Of a stretch of 32,000 bases of DNA, positions 1 through 9,548 are shown piece by piece. The DNA lies in NCBI GenBank assembly GCA_028700905.1, contig JAQVRT010000002.1, positions 10,840-42,839 of the forward strand, given 5' to 3'. The notes under the pieces are model-generated. The model made no database searches. It was not told the origin of the DNA and saw only the letters and a program-made list of their open reading frames with translations. Every line of letters starts with the position of its first letter. The stretch's first letter is position 1. The DNA comes from Candidatus Iainarchaeum sp. GTDB taxonomy: Archaea > Iainarchaeota > Iainarchaeia > Iainarchaeales > CSSED10-239. The position numbers and the translations under genes are program-made.

Positions 1-1
1 T

Positions 2-1870
2 AAAAAAATAATTGCAGAAAATAAAAATTACACTATTAAAAAAATAAATGAAGAATATTATTTAGAAATTGAAAATAAATTTTCTCAAGTCATATTAAAT
101 TTAGAATTTAATAACCCATATATTAATTTAATCTCAAAAGATCCAGAGTTAAATGTTAATAAAAGTAAAATAAAGGTACTTAAAGTAAATCCTGGAAAAA
201 ATTATTTTTTAGTAGAGTATGAAAATAATAAGAAAATAAATTACGAAATAATATATCTTGCATTAAATGAAAGTATTGTAAAAATAACTATTGAAAATGA
301 GGTAGAAGGAATATATGATTCATTGAATTTCATACCGGGATTTACAGTTAAAAACAAAGATGTAGAAATTAAAGATGACAAAATATATTATTATACAAAA
401 AATATAAATGAATTTTATGTTTACGGACCTTTATTTGAAACAAATATAAATAAAAAAATAGAAGAAATAAATACAGAAAAATTTATACTAACAACAAACA
501 TCACAATTAAAAATAATTTCTTTGAAAAAATAAATCACAAATTAATTATTAAAGAACATAAAGAAAATGAAGTAAATAGCTTTTATAAAAATAACAAAGA
601 ATTAAATTTAATTGAAGAAAATAATATGTTACTCTACAATATTGAAATAAAAGAAAAAGAGGTTATTGATTTTATATTAAAAACATTAGTTGAAAAAGAA
701 AATGTGTATAAAGAAATTAGAGAAATGATATTAGCTGCAGAAAAATTAAAAAACACAAGATATTTAGACATACAAAACCAAGCTCAAAAAGACGTGAAAT
801 ATTTGTTGGACACAACATATTCTGAAAACTACACTATTGAAGACATTGAAAAAATATATTCTTACTATAACCTTTTACAACAATTATTAGAAAAAAACAA
901 TAATTATGAAGTTATTGAAGAAAATTATTTACTTACTCTTAATGAGATATTAAAATATGAACTAACTTTAACTGAAGAGAATAAATTGCAAAAAATAGAA
1001 TTAAATAAATATGAAAACATGATTTTAGCAGAAAAAGAAATTACTAAATTACTAATAGATATTAAAAAAAGGAACGAAAATTTAGAAGAAAAAAATAAAA
1101 GTTTAGAAATTGCAGAATTTAAGGAACTAAATGAAATTATTTATGAAAATAATTTAGAAAATATTGATTTAGATTTATTAAGTAAAGATAAAAATATCAC
1201 TGAAATTAAAGACATAATAAATCAAAAATTAAAAGAAAAAGCAGAAGAACTTTATTATTATATAAACCCAATTACAAATAATTTAGAAGAAGATAAAATT
1301 ACAGAAATTATTAATAAAACTTATTTATTGTACGAAACATATAGTTTAACAGACCTTTATTCAATAGGATATTTTTCAGGAATTACAGAAAATGATGCAA
1401 AAAGATTAGAAAAAAACTATTCTTTTTTAGAAAGTGTGCTTTTTAATAAAGAACTTTCAAATTTTGATGAAAAATACAATGAAAAAGATTATAAAGGTGC
1501 ACTTAATTCTATTTCATTAGAAACAATTAACAGAATAGATAAAATAAAATCTGATTATGATAATTTAACATCTGGTTTAATTGAAATTAAAAATGATGCA
1601 AAAAAAGAAATTATTGAATATCAAAAAAAAGAATATGATCTAGAAACATTGAATTTTGCAAAAACCAATTATGATGACGAAAAATATCTTGATGTAATAT
1701 ATGTACTTAAACAAAAAGGTCCAATTACAAAAAATTCAACAAAAACACAATATTTGTTAATTACAATAGTTGTGATTTTATTTATTAGTTTATACGCTTA
1801 TTTAAGGTTAGGTAATAAAAAGAAAGAAAAAACCATTGCTGAGAAAAAGAAAAAAATATTAAGACATTAA
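2..1870 (+). CDS. Large coiled-coil surface protein with C-terminal transmembrane anchor, 5-prime partial (continues upstream of window)
   Basis: I translated the frame of the 323..1870 ORF by hand and it stays open back to position 2, with no in-frame ATG. The track start at 323 is only a TTG. Long Glu/Lys/Asn/Leu-rich heptad-like stretches. One C-terminal hydrophobic helix (YLLITIVVILFISLYAYL) is followed by a basic tail. Confidence 0.55.
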   Translation, partial: KKIIAENKNYTIKKINEEYYLEIENKFSQVILNLEFNNPYINLISKDPELNVNKSKIKVLKVNPGKNYFLVEYENNKKINYEIIYLALNESIVKITIENEVEGIYDSLNFIPGFTVKNKDVEIKDDKIYYYTKNINEFYVYGPLFETNINKKIEEINTEKFILTTNITIKNNFFEKINHKLIIKEHKENEVNSFYKNNKELNLIEENNMLLYNIEIKEKEVIDFILKTLVEKENVYKEIREMILAAEKLKNTRYLDIQNQAQKDVKYLLDTTYSENYTIEDIEKIYSYYNLLQQLLEKNNNYEVIEENYLLTLNEILKYELTLTEENKLQKIELNKYENMILAEKEITKLLIDIKKRNENLEEKNKSLEIAEFKELNEIIYENNLENIDLDLLSKDKNITEIKDIINQKLKEKAEELYYYINPITNNLEEDKITEIINKTYLLYETYSLTDLYSIGYFSGITENDAKRLEKNYSFLESVLFNKELSNFDEKYNEKDYKGALNSISLETINRIDKIKSDYDNLTSGLIEIKNDAKKEIIEYQKKEYDLETLNFAKTNYDDEKYLDVIYVLKQKGPITKNSTKTQYLLITIVVILFISLYAYLRLGNKKKEKTIAEKKKKILRH

Positions 1871-1919
1871 AGATAAGAATATAAATTAATTGATAGATAT
1901 AATATATTGTGAAGTATAT

Positions 1920-3083
1920 ATGAATTATAAGTATTTTCTATTAATTATTGGAATAATATTAGTTTCAAATCTATTGTTTGCAACAACAATCGATGAAACC
2001 ACTTTAAATATATTAAATAAAGGCGATATTGTTGTTGAAAAAGGAAATAGTTTTTGTAAAGATTATTCTTTTAATCTAAAAACTGATGAATTTACAGAAA
2101 CCTATCTTCAATTAATGCTAAAAAACTACATACCTATATCTAAAGGTGTTGCAATTAATATAAAGGTAAATGATAAAAACATTACAGAAATAATTGATAA
2201 GGATATTAAGGAAAAAAATATAGTTTATTTAGGAAAATTAGAATCTATTAATAACAAATTAGAAATTTGTGTTGAAAATAATTTTTTACCAAGATTAATT
2301 ATAGATTCAGATAGTTTAATTGGAACATATTATAACTCAAAAATAACTGATGATGATTTTTATCAAGATGCACCTTCTATAGCATATGTAAATACCTTAA
2401 TACCTATAACCATACATGTAAGAAATAGTGGTTATGCAGATACTTATATTGAGCTTGAAAATGCATCGAATTTATTTATATACAATTCAAATTTAGAAAA
2501 TGTTTCAGGAGAAACAAGTTTTCAAGGAATTCTTAAAGCACAAAGTGAAATTAAAATAGATTATTTTGTAAAAACAGATTCAAATAATACTTTTGCAACC
2601 CCTATTGCAAATTTAAAATATAAAGATGTTTTTGATCAAGAAATTACAAAAAAAATTAAACAAAAAATAATAAATATTTCAGAAAAAGAAAATGCATTAG
2701 AAAATCACATTGATATTCAAAAAATTATTACTCCTAAAGAAGAACAAACAGGGCACTTAATAATAATTAATAATTCTGAAAAAGAAGTTACAGATCTTTA
2801 TATTAAACCTTATTTTAATGGAGAAATAATTCTTTCTCAAGAAAAAATAAATTTAATTAAAGCAAAAGATGTAGTTGAAATACCATTTATTATTAAAACC
2901 TATAAAGAAGGAGAACACACCTTAAATTTTAATCTTAATTATTTAGAAAATGAGGTTGTAAAAAATATTGGAACTCAGACAATAATTGTTAATTCAAAAA
3001 ATCCAGATACTTCTGAAAATACAGCAATAACTATTTTATTAATAATTACTGTGTTTTTATTCATATGGATTGTAAAGATTTAA
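1920..3083 (+). CDS. Secreted or membrane-anchored surface protein with two CARDB/COG1361-like beta-sandwich segments (tentative)
   Basis: ATG at 1920 gives a signal-peptide-like N-terminus (MNYKYFLLIIGIILVSNLLFATT); the track start at 1890 is a TTG. C-terminal TM helix (AITILLIITVFLFIWIV). Segments such as IPITIHVRNSGYADTYIELENAS and VEIPFIIKTYKEGEHTLNFNLNY resemble archaeal S-layer-type CARDB repeats. Confidence 0.5.
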   Translation: MNYKYFLLIIGIILVSNLLFATTIDETTLNILNKGDIVVEKGNSFCKDYSFNLKTDEFTETYLQLMLKNYIPISKGVAINIKVNDKNITEIIDKDIKEKNIVYLGKLESINNKLEICVENNFLPRLIIDSDSLIGTYYNSKITDDDFYQDAPSIAYVNTLIPITIHVRNSGYADTYIELENASNLFIYNSNLENVSGETSFQGILKAQSEIKIDYFVKTDSNNTFATPIANLKYKDVFDQEITKKIKQKIINISEKENALENHIDIQKIITPKEEQTGHLIIINNSEKEVTDLYIKPYFNGEIILSQEKINLIKAKDVVEIPFIIKTYKEGEHTLNFNLNYLENEVVKNIGTQTIIVNSKNPDTSENTAITILLIITVFLFIWIVKI

Positions 3084-4834
3084 ACAATTCTTTTAAATAA
3101 TATTTCAAGATCTTTTATAGATAAAAATATAATTGTTGGTCTTCCATGAGCACAAATACCTTTATCTTTACAAAGATTTAATTTTTTAATAAGTTCTATT
3201 TGTTCATGTATGCTTAGATAATCATTAGCTTTAATTGATTCTTTACAAGATCTTAATTTTAAAAGACTATCTTTAAGTTTTAAAACTTCATTATTACCTT
3301 CTTCTATATCTTTTAAAAGATTTAAAAATAAATTCTTATCAAAATATTTATTTAAAAATAAAGGAATTGTCTTTAAAAAATAGACCTCGTTTTTTAGATA
3401 ATATTCAAAACCAATTTTTTTAAAAATTTCAATATTATTATTTAAAATTTCTTTATGTGATTCAGATATAAAATCTAAAGAAATTTCTGAAATTAAATTT
3501 TGTTTTTCAACATAATCTGAATACTTCAATCTATTTTTTTCTAAATTTATTCTTTCATCAGCAGCATGTTGATCAATTAATATCATACCTTTGTCAGTTT
3601 CACAAATAATAAAGGTATTTTTTATTTGACCGAGTATTTTTGTAATATTGTGTTCAAATAAAGTTAAATTATCTGTATTATTAAATGAATTATTGTTTTC
3701 ATAAAGTGGTTTTTGAAGATCACTTCTAAAAAATGGAACCTCTCTATTACTTGAAAAATTATTATTTGAATAATTATATTGAACTGGTTTTTCAAAAGAA
3801 GAATTATTAGAAGGCTTAGAAGAAATAAAATCTTTTAATGAATTATGTTCTAAAGCAGGTGCGAATTTACCTAAGGAGGCATCTAATTTATTTGATAATT
3901 CTCTTTTAAACTCAGATAAAAACAACATTTCATTCTGTAATTTAACCACTCTTTTTTTAGGATGTACATTTACATCAATTGTTCTTGGATCTAGTTCAAT
4001 AAAAAGAATAAAAAATGGTTTTTGTTGTATCATTAAATAATCTTTATAAGAATCTATGATTGCTTTATAAATCTGAGGTGAAAACACAAATCTCTTATTA
4101 ATAAATAAAAAATTTGAAGGAAAATAAACTGGATTTTGAGGATTTGTTAAAATCCCTTTAACTTTAAATAATTCAGTGTCAATATTAAGATTTATAGTTT
4201 TTGTTTTAATTTCAGAACCATATATTTGAACTAACCTATTTTCAAAATCTGTTTTTGGAAATATTATATTTTTCTTTTCAGAAATAAATTTAAAAGTGAT
4301 GTTTGGGTTTAATAAAGCATTTGCAAGAAAAACTTCATATAATTTTGAATATTCAAAACTTTTTGATTTTAGAAATTTTTTTCTCACAGGAACATTATAA
4401 AATAAATCTTGAACTGTTATAGTGGTCCCTTTATTTGAAGATACTTGAGAAATATTGTTGTTTTCTAAAAGATATCCTTTTCCATCATTTGTTGTAGAAG
4501 AAACAATTTTAAATTTTGAAACAGCAGCAATTGTAGATAAAGCCTCACCTCTAAAGCCAAAACTATCAATAGAGTAAAGGTCATCAATTTTTTCAAGTTT
4601 ACTTGTAGTATATTTTTCAAGACAAATTTCTAAATCTTCTTTTAAAATACCAGTTCCATCATCTTTTATTTTTATTAAATCTAAACCAGAAGATTTTATT
4701 TCAACAACTATTTCTGTTGCTTTAGCATCAACTGAATTTTCTAAAAGCTCTTTTAAAATATCGCTTGGCCCTTCAATTACTTCTCCCGCACTTATTAGAT
4801 TTATTGTTTCTTGAGATAATTTTTTAATAAACAT
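3080..4834 (-). CDS. mutL: DNA mismatch repair protein MutL (endonuclease-proficient type)
   Basis: GHKL ATPase N-terminus (INLISAGEVIEGPSDILKELLENSVDA, DDGTGI, FGFRGEAL). C-terminal DQHAADERINLE matches the DQHA(X)2E(X)4E endonuclease motif. SCK and CAHGRPT metal-site motifs are present. Confidence 0.93.
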   Translation of the reverse strand: MFIKKLSQETINLISAGEVIEGPSDILKELLENSVDAKATEIVVEIKSSGLDLIKIKDDGTGILKEDLEICLEKYTTSKLEKIDDLYSIDSFGFRGEALSTIAAVSKFKIVSSTTNDGKGYLLENNNISQVSSNKGTTITVQDLFYNVPVRKKFLKSKSFEYSKLYEVFLANALLNPNITFKFISEKKNIIFPKTDFENRLVQIYGSEIKTKTINLNIDTELFKVKGILTNPQNPVYFPSNFLFINKRFVFSPQIYKAIIDSYKDYLMIQQKPFFILFIELDPRTIDVNVHPKKRVVKLQNEMLFLSEFKRELSNKLDASLGKFAPALEHNSLKDFISSKPSNNSSFEKPVQYNYSNNNFSSNREVPFFRSDLQKPLYENNNSFNNTDNLTLFEHNITKILGQIKNTFIICETDKGMILIDQHAADERINLEKNRLKYSDYVEKQNLISEISLDFISESHKEILNNNIEIFKKIGFEYYLKNEVYFLKTIPLFLNKYFDKNLFLNLLKDIEEGNNEVLKLKDSLLKLRSCKESIKANDYLSIHEQIELIKKLNLCKDKGICAHGRPTIIFLSIKDLEILFKRIV

Positions 4835-4844
4835 ATATTTTCAC

Positions 4845-7364
4845 TTATTTTTTATAATCTTCTAATTTTTTTTGTTCTTTTTTAAAAAGAATTCTTTTTT
4901 CATCTTGATTATTTTTTTTAACTTCTTGCAAATTAGTAGAAGATTTATTTTGTTTTAAAAAAACATCTTCTTCTAAATCCCTTTGAATTAATAATGCTTT
5001 TTCAATAATTTCTTCTGGAAGACCAGCAATTTTAGCAACTTGAATTCCATAACTTTTATTAATTCCACCTTTAATAAGTTTATGATAAAAAACTAAATTA
5101 TTATCTTCTTCTTTTGCAGTAACATGGTAATTACTAATTCCTTCAAATAATTCTTCCATTTTATTTAGTTGATGATAATGGGTTGCAACTAAAGTTTTTG
5201 ATTTAACTATATTATTTAAATAATCTGTAATTGACCAAGCAAGACTTAATCCATCATAAGTACTTGTACCTCTTCCAACTTCATCTAGAATAATAAAACT
5301 ATTATTTGTACAATGATTTAAAATATAAGAAATTTCAGACATCTCAACTAAAAAAGTACTTTGACCATGTAAAATATCATCAGAAGCACCAATTCTTGTG
5401 AAAATTCCATCAATTAAACCAATTTCAGCATCTGTTGCAGGAACAAAGCAACCAACATGTCCAAGAATAATTGCAAGACAAACACTTCTCATATAACTAC
5501 TTTTACCAGACATATTCGGACCAGTAATTATCATTGTTCTTTCTAAGTTATCTAAAGTACAATCATTTGGTATAAATTCAATATTTTTTTCAATAATTGG
5601 ATGTCTTAAATTTTTAAATGTTAATTTATTAGAATCATTTATAATTGGTCTTGAATAATTATTATATAAAGATACATTTGCAAATGAATAATAAACATCA
5701 AGTTCTGAAATTAAACTTGCAACTAAACTTATTTCTTCTCTATAGGTATTGATCTCTTTACAAATTTCTAAAAAAATATTATATTCTAGTTCAATTCTTT
5801 TTTCTTGAGCATTTAAAACAATTATTTCTTTTTCAGATAATTCTTTTGTTGTAAATCTTTCTGCGTTTACAAGTGTTTGTTTTCTCTCAAAATAAGAAGG
5901 CACTTCTTTTGATTGTGCTTTTGGAATTTCTATATAATATCCAAATACTTTATTAAATTTTACTTTTAAAGATTTAATATTTGTTTCATTTTTTAATCTT
6001 GCTTCAAATTCAACTAACCAAGAATTAATATTTTTAGAAGTATAAATTAAATCACTTAATTCTTTTGAATAACCTGGTTTTATAAATTTACCTTCTCTAA
6101 CTGTAAAAGGAGGTTCTTCAACAATTGAAATATTAATTAATTCATGTAATTTATCTAAAGTAATTAACTCACTGTTTAATATTTTTAAATTTTTAGAAGA
6201 AGTACTCTCTAAAATCATTTTTATTTTTGGAAGTATTGAAAGACTTTGTTTTAAAGAAATTAAATCTCTTGGATTTGCATTACCAAAACCAATTTTACTA
6301 ATTATTTTTTCAATATCTCCAATATACGATAAATTAAAAGAAATCTCTTGCATTAAATGTTGATTATTAATTAATTCTTCAACAGAATCATAAATATCAT
6401 TTAATTTTTCTTTATCTAGTATAGGGTGTAATAAATCAAAATATAATTTTCTATAACCCATAGGTGTTTTTGTATGATTAATTAAATGGAATAAAGAGTT
6501 TTTTATTGAAAAATCTTGAAGATTATAAACTAATTCTAAATTTCTAACAGTTTTTCGATCTAATTTTAAATATTTGTTTAATGAATATTCTTTTATAGTT
6601 GTAATATAGCTTAAATTTGAAAATTGAGTTTCTTTTAAATATTTAATAGCATTATATGCTGATAAAATAATTTCTGATGATTGGTTACTTGAAATCATCC
6701 CAAAAGGAGTTAAAGATTTCATGTTGAAGTGATTTAGTAGCTCTTGATAGGCAAATTCAACATCTAAATTTTCTGTATAGTTTATAATGGTGCTCGGTAT
6801 TGCTTTTTTAATAAGATTAAGTTGATCTATATTTTTTAAAATATTCTTTGTTAATAATATTTCTTTTGGTTTATTTAATATAAGTTCATTTAAAAGATTT
6901 GAAAAATCATTAAAAGAAGTAATTTTAAATTCACCTGTAGTAATATCAACTAAAGAAAATCCAAATTTATCTTTATAATTTGTAATAGAGCATAAAAAAT
7001 TATTATCATAGGAATCATTAAAAAAAGTACTAGGAGTAATTATTCTTGTAACTGCTCTTTTAACCAGACCTTTTGCAAATTTAGGATTTTCTATTTGATC
7101 GCAAATTACTACTTTTTTTCCAGATTTAATTAATTTTGCAATATAAGGATCAATTGAATGGTAAGGTATACCTGCAAGAGGAGCTTCAGTTGCCCCTTTA
7201 CCTCTTTTGGTTAAAGTTATGTTTAGGATACTCGATGCTTCTTTTGCATCATCAAAAAACATTTCATAAAAATCTCCCGCTCTAAAAAGTAAAATACCTT
7301 CAGGGTATTGCTTTTTAGTTTCAACATATTGTTTCATCATAGGAGTATATGTTTTATCATCCAT
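4845..7364 (-). CDS. mutS: DNA mismatch repair protein MutS (bacterial MutS1 type)
   Basis: N-terminal mismatch-binding signature TPMMKQYVETKKQYPEGILLFRAGDFYEMFFDDA. Walker A GPNMSGKSSYMR, DEVGRGTSTYDG, ATHYH. I prefer the ATG at 7364 (MDDKTYTPMM) to the TTG at 7388 used by the track. The stop lies 10 nt upstream of the mutL start. Confidence 0.93.
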   Translation of the reverse strand: MDDKTYTPMMKQYVETKKQYPEGILLFRAGDFYEMFFDDAKEASSILNITLTKRGKGATEAPLAGIPYHSIDPYIAKLIKSGKKVVICDQIENPKFAKGLVKRAVTRIITPSTFFNDSYDNNFLCSITNYKDKFGFSLVDITTGEFKITSFNDFSNLLNELILNKPKEILLTKNILKNIDQLNLIKKAIPSTIINYTENLDVEFAYQELLNHFNMKSLTPFGMISSNQSSEIILSAYNAIKYLKETQFSNLSYITTIKEYSLNKYLKLDRKTVRNLELVYNLQDFSIKNSLFHLINHTKTPMGYRKLYFDLLHPILDKEKLNDIYDSVEELINNQHLMQEISFNLSYIGDIEKIISKIGFGNANPRDLISLKQSLSILPKIKMILESTSSKNLKILNSELITLDKLHELINISIVEEPPFTVREGKFIKPGYSKELSDLIYTSKNINSWLVEFEARLKNETNIKSLKVKFNKVFGYYIEIPKAQSKEVPSYFERKQTLVNAERFTTKELSEKEIIVLNAQEKRIELEYNIFLEICKEINTYREEISLVASLISELDVYYSFANVSLYNNYSRPIINDSNKLTFKNLRHPIIEKNIEFIPNDCTLDNLERTMIITGPNMSGKSSYMRSVCLAIILGHVGCFVPATDAEIGLIDGIFTRIGASDDILHGQSTFLVEMSEISYILNHCTNNSFIILDEVGRGTSTYDGLSLAWSITDYLNNIVKSKTLVATHYHQLNKMEELFEGISNYHVTAKEEDNNLVFYHKLIKGGINKSYGIQVAKIAGLPEEIIEKALLIQRDLEEDVFLKQNKSSTNLQEVKKNNQDEKRILFKKEQKKLEDYKK

Positions 7365-7424
7365 AATATAATATATAATAGAAAACAATTAAAAATAGTA
7401 ATTTTAAATTTAAATAAAGATAAA

Positions 7425-7498
7425 TGGCTCCGGTGGGATTTGAACCCACGACACATAGGTCTTCAGCCTATTGCTCTCCCAGGCTGAGCTACGGAACC
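7425..7498 (-). tRNA. tRNA-Phe (anticodon GAA)
   Basis: Hand-folded cloverleaf from the reverse complement GGTTCCGTAGCTCAGCCTGGGAGAGCAATAGGCTGAAGACCTATGTGTCGTGGGTTCAAATCCCACCGGAGCCA. 7-bp acceptor stem, anticodon loop CTGAAGA, T-loop TTCAAAT. No intron, CCA not encoded. Confidence 0.9.
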
Positions 7499-7524
7499 AT
7501 TATTTTTTTAAAATATTAAGGAAG

Positions 7525-7599
7525 TGAGCTCGGTGGGATTTGAACCCACGACACCTGGATTAAGAGTCCAGTGCTCTTACCAGACTGAGCTACGAGCCC
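7525..7599 (-). tRNA. tRNA-Lys (anticodon CUU)
   Basis: Reverse complement GGGCTCGTAGCTCAGTCTGGTAAGAGCACTGGACTCTTAATCCAGGTGTCGTGGGTTCAAATCCCACCGAGCTCA folds as a cloverleaf. Anticodon loop CTCTTAA. Confidence 0.9.
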
Positions 7600-7634
7600 T
7601 AATAATTATTTTAAAATAAAAAAATAATAGAAAG

Positions 7635-7708
7635 TGAATCCGGTGGGATTTGAACCCACGACACCTGGATTAAAAGTCCAGTGCTCTGCCAGACTGAGCT
7701 ACGGATCC
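7635..7708 (-). tRNA. tRNA-Lys (anticodon UUU)
   Basis: Reverse complement GGATCCGTAGCTCAGTCTGGCAGAGCACTGGACTTTTAATCCAGGTGTCGTGGGTTCAAATCCCACCGGATTCA folds as a cloverleaf. Anticodon loop CTTTTAA. Confidence 0.9.
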
Positions 7709-7828
7709 TTTTTTATATTGTACAAACCTAATATATAAAAAGATTATACTATATAATATATATACTAAACATTTATAAATAATTTCTATTTTATTTGTAA
7801 ATTAAACATAACGAAAAAGTAAGAAAAA

Positions 7829-8353
7829 ATGATTAAAATATTAAAATTAGATCACAGACCCCTTAGAGATAAAAGGATTACAACACATTGTGCTTTAGTT
7901 TCTAGGGCATTTAATGCAGATGAATTTTATTACTCAGGGATAGAAGATAATGTTTTTGAAAAAAATATAATTTCTATTAGTGATCAATGGGGTGGTAAAT
8001 TTAATGCTAAATATATTGAATTACCAGAAACTTTTGTTGATGAATTTAAAGGAGTAATCATACATTTAACAATGTATGGAGAACAAATTGTTGAAAAAAT
8101 AGAATTTATAAAAAAAGATTTTAAAACTAAAGATTTATTGATTATTGTTGGTGGTCCTAAAGTAGATAAATTTTATTATCAAAAAGCTAATTATAATATT
8201 TCTGTAACAAACCAACCACATAGTGAAGTTGCAGCTCTTGCAATTATTTTAAATTTTTTAAACCCAACTGCGTTATATGTGGATAAATTTAAAAATAATA
8301 AGATAAAACTAGAACCTGCAGAAAAAGGTAAAAAAGTAATCTCCTTAAAATAG
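7829..8353 (+). CDS. trm56: tRNA (cytidine56-2-prime-O)-methyltransferase aTrm56 (SPOUT family)
   Basis: LKLDHRPLRDKRITTHCALVSRAF, HLTMYGE, IIVGGPKV and NQPHSEVAALAIILN match the conserved blocks of archaeal aTrm56. The length of 174 aa is typical. Confidence 0.85.
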   Translation: MIKILKLDHRPLRDKRITTHCALVSRAFNADEFYYSGIEDNVFEKNIISISDQWGGKFNAKYIELPETFVDEFKGVIIHLTMYGEQIVEKIEFIKKDFKTKDLLIIVGGPKVDKFYYQKANYNISVTNQPHSEVAALAIILNFLNPTALYVDKFKNNKIKLEPAEKGKKVISLK

Positions 8354-8394
8354 TTTTGTAACATAATTATATTGTACAAGGAAGTGGTGCTATA

Positions 8395-8967
8395 ATGAAT
8401 AAATTGAAAAAAGACCTATTATCTGATAAATCAACAGCTATTTTTTTAGAACAAATTGCAGGACCTATGGCAATTAATGTTATAAAATTATTTAATAACG
8501 ATGGATTATCTCCTGAAGATATTTCTAAAAAATTAAATGAAAAAATTACTGTTGTAAGATCTACATTAAATAGTCTTCACTTCAGAGGAATTGCATGTTA
8601 TAAAAAACAAAGAAATGAAAATAATTTATATGAATTTATATGGGAAATAAAATATAAAAAAATAGTAGATGTTTTATTATTACAAGAAATTAAAAAATTC
8701 AAAAAATTAGAATATGAATTAACACAAAAAGAAGGACATGATTATTTTTTCTGTCCTAAAAAATGTAATGTAGAAGTTATATTTGAAGTTGCTGCAGCTT
8801 ATAATTTTAAATGCCCTAATTGTAGTGCTAATTTAGAAATATTAAATAGTAAAAATAAAATTAATAAACTTAAAAGAGAAAAAAAGATTGTTGAAAAAAA
8901 TATTAAAAAATTAGAAGAATTATTAAAAAAGATTAATGATAATACTTCTGGATATCATTGTGAATGA
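8395..8967 (+). CDS. tfe: Transcription factor E (TFE alpha, TFIIE-alpha homologue)
   Basis: N-terminal winged-helix region followed by a Zn ribbon (CPKKC ... CPNC). Size and architecture are typical of archaeal TFE. A GGTG Shine-Dalgarno motif lies 5 nt upstream of the ATG. Confidence 0.75.
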   Translation: MNKLKKDLLSDKSTAIFLEQIAGPMAINVIKLFNNDGLSPEDISKKLNEKITVVRSTLNSLHFRGIACYKKQRNENNLYEFIWEIKYKKIVDVLLLQEIKKFKKLEYELTQKEGHDYFFCPKKCNVEVIFEVAAAYNFKCPNCSANLEILNSKNKINKLKREKKIVEKNIKKLEELLKKINDNTSGYHCE

Positions 8968-9047
8968 TATTTATTGTTTTAAGTAGGTTTATATATATTT
9001 TGGTATATTAAAATATATATTAAGACTATTTTTATTAATTTAAAAAA

Positions 9048-9122
<75 letters not shown>

Positions 9123-9314
9123 CTTAAAATTATGGTTAAATTACTACTTTTCTTGGACATATTTTCACATTATAAATAACCTTATTTTAAATTAAAAAAA
9201 AGAAATTATAACCCTTATAAATAAAATAAAGGCTAAAAAAACCTCTATTATTAATAAAAACAAATAATAGATTTATTTTTTAAAAAATAACCTTAAATTA
9301 AGTATATTTTAATT

Positions 9315-9541
9315 GTAATTACCATGGTAATTACGATAAAAAACACTGATTATTATATAAAAATAGATAATAATTCATTATACTACATAATTATATATTA
9401 AGAATTATTAATTATATTTTTTAATAAATAAAATAATTAGTAATTACCATCAAATTAATCAAATAATTACGGTAATTACGATAAATAGGACTATATAATT
9501 ACTGTAATTACCAATCTATTTAAAATAATTACGGTAATTAC
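9315..9541. repeat. Array of the palindromic octamer GTAATTAC upstream of the 9549 gene (candidate operator or iteron array)
   Basis: Perfect 20-bp palindrome GTAATTAC-CATG-GTAATTAC at 9315..9334. Four doublets of the type ATAATTA(C/G)-N0-2-(G)TAATTAC lie at 9433..9447, 9463..9479, 9495..9511 and 9525..9541, spaced 30-32 bp apart. Two of the doublets are identical 17-mers. GGTAATTACGATAAA occurs twice (9326..9340, 9471..9485). Confidence 0.85.
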
Positions 9542-9548
9542 TATATAT

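Noticed and set aside
8191-8379. 62-aa minus-strand ORF overlapping the 3-prime end of trm56
   Set aside because: It is entirely antisense to a well-supported gene. The hydrophobic Phe/Leu/Ile-rich translation is typical of shadow frames in AT-rich coding DNA. No Shine-Dalgarno motif or independent support.
8991-9020. 11-bp all-A/T hairpin (ATATATATTTT / AAAATATATAT) between tfe and tRNA-iMet, as a terminator
   Set aside because: The stem has no G:C pairs and so very low stability. Its right arm coincides with the expected TATA box about 30 nt upstream of the tRNA.
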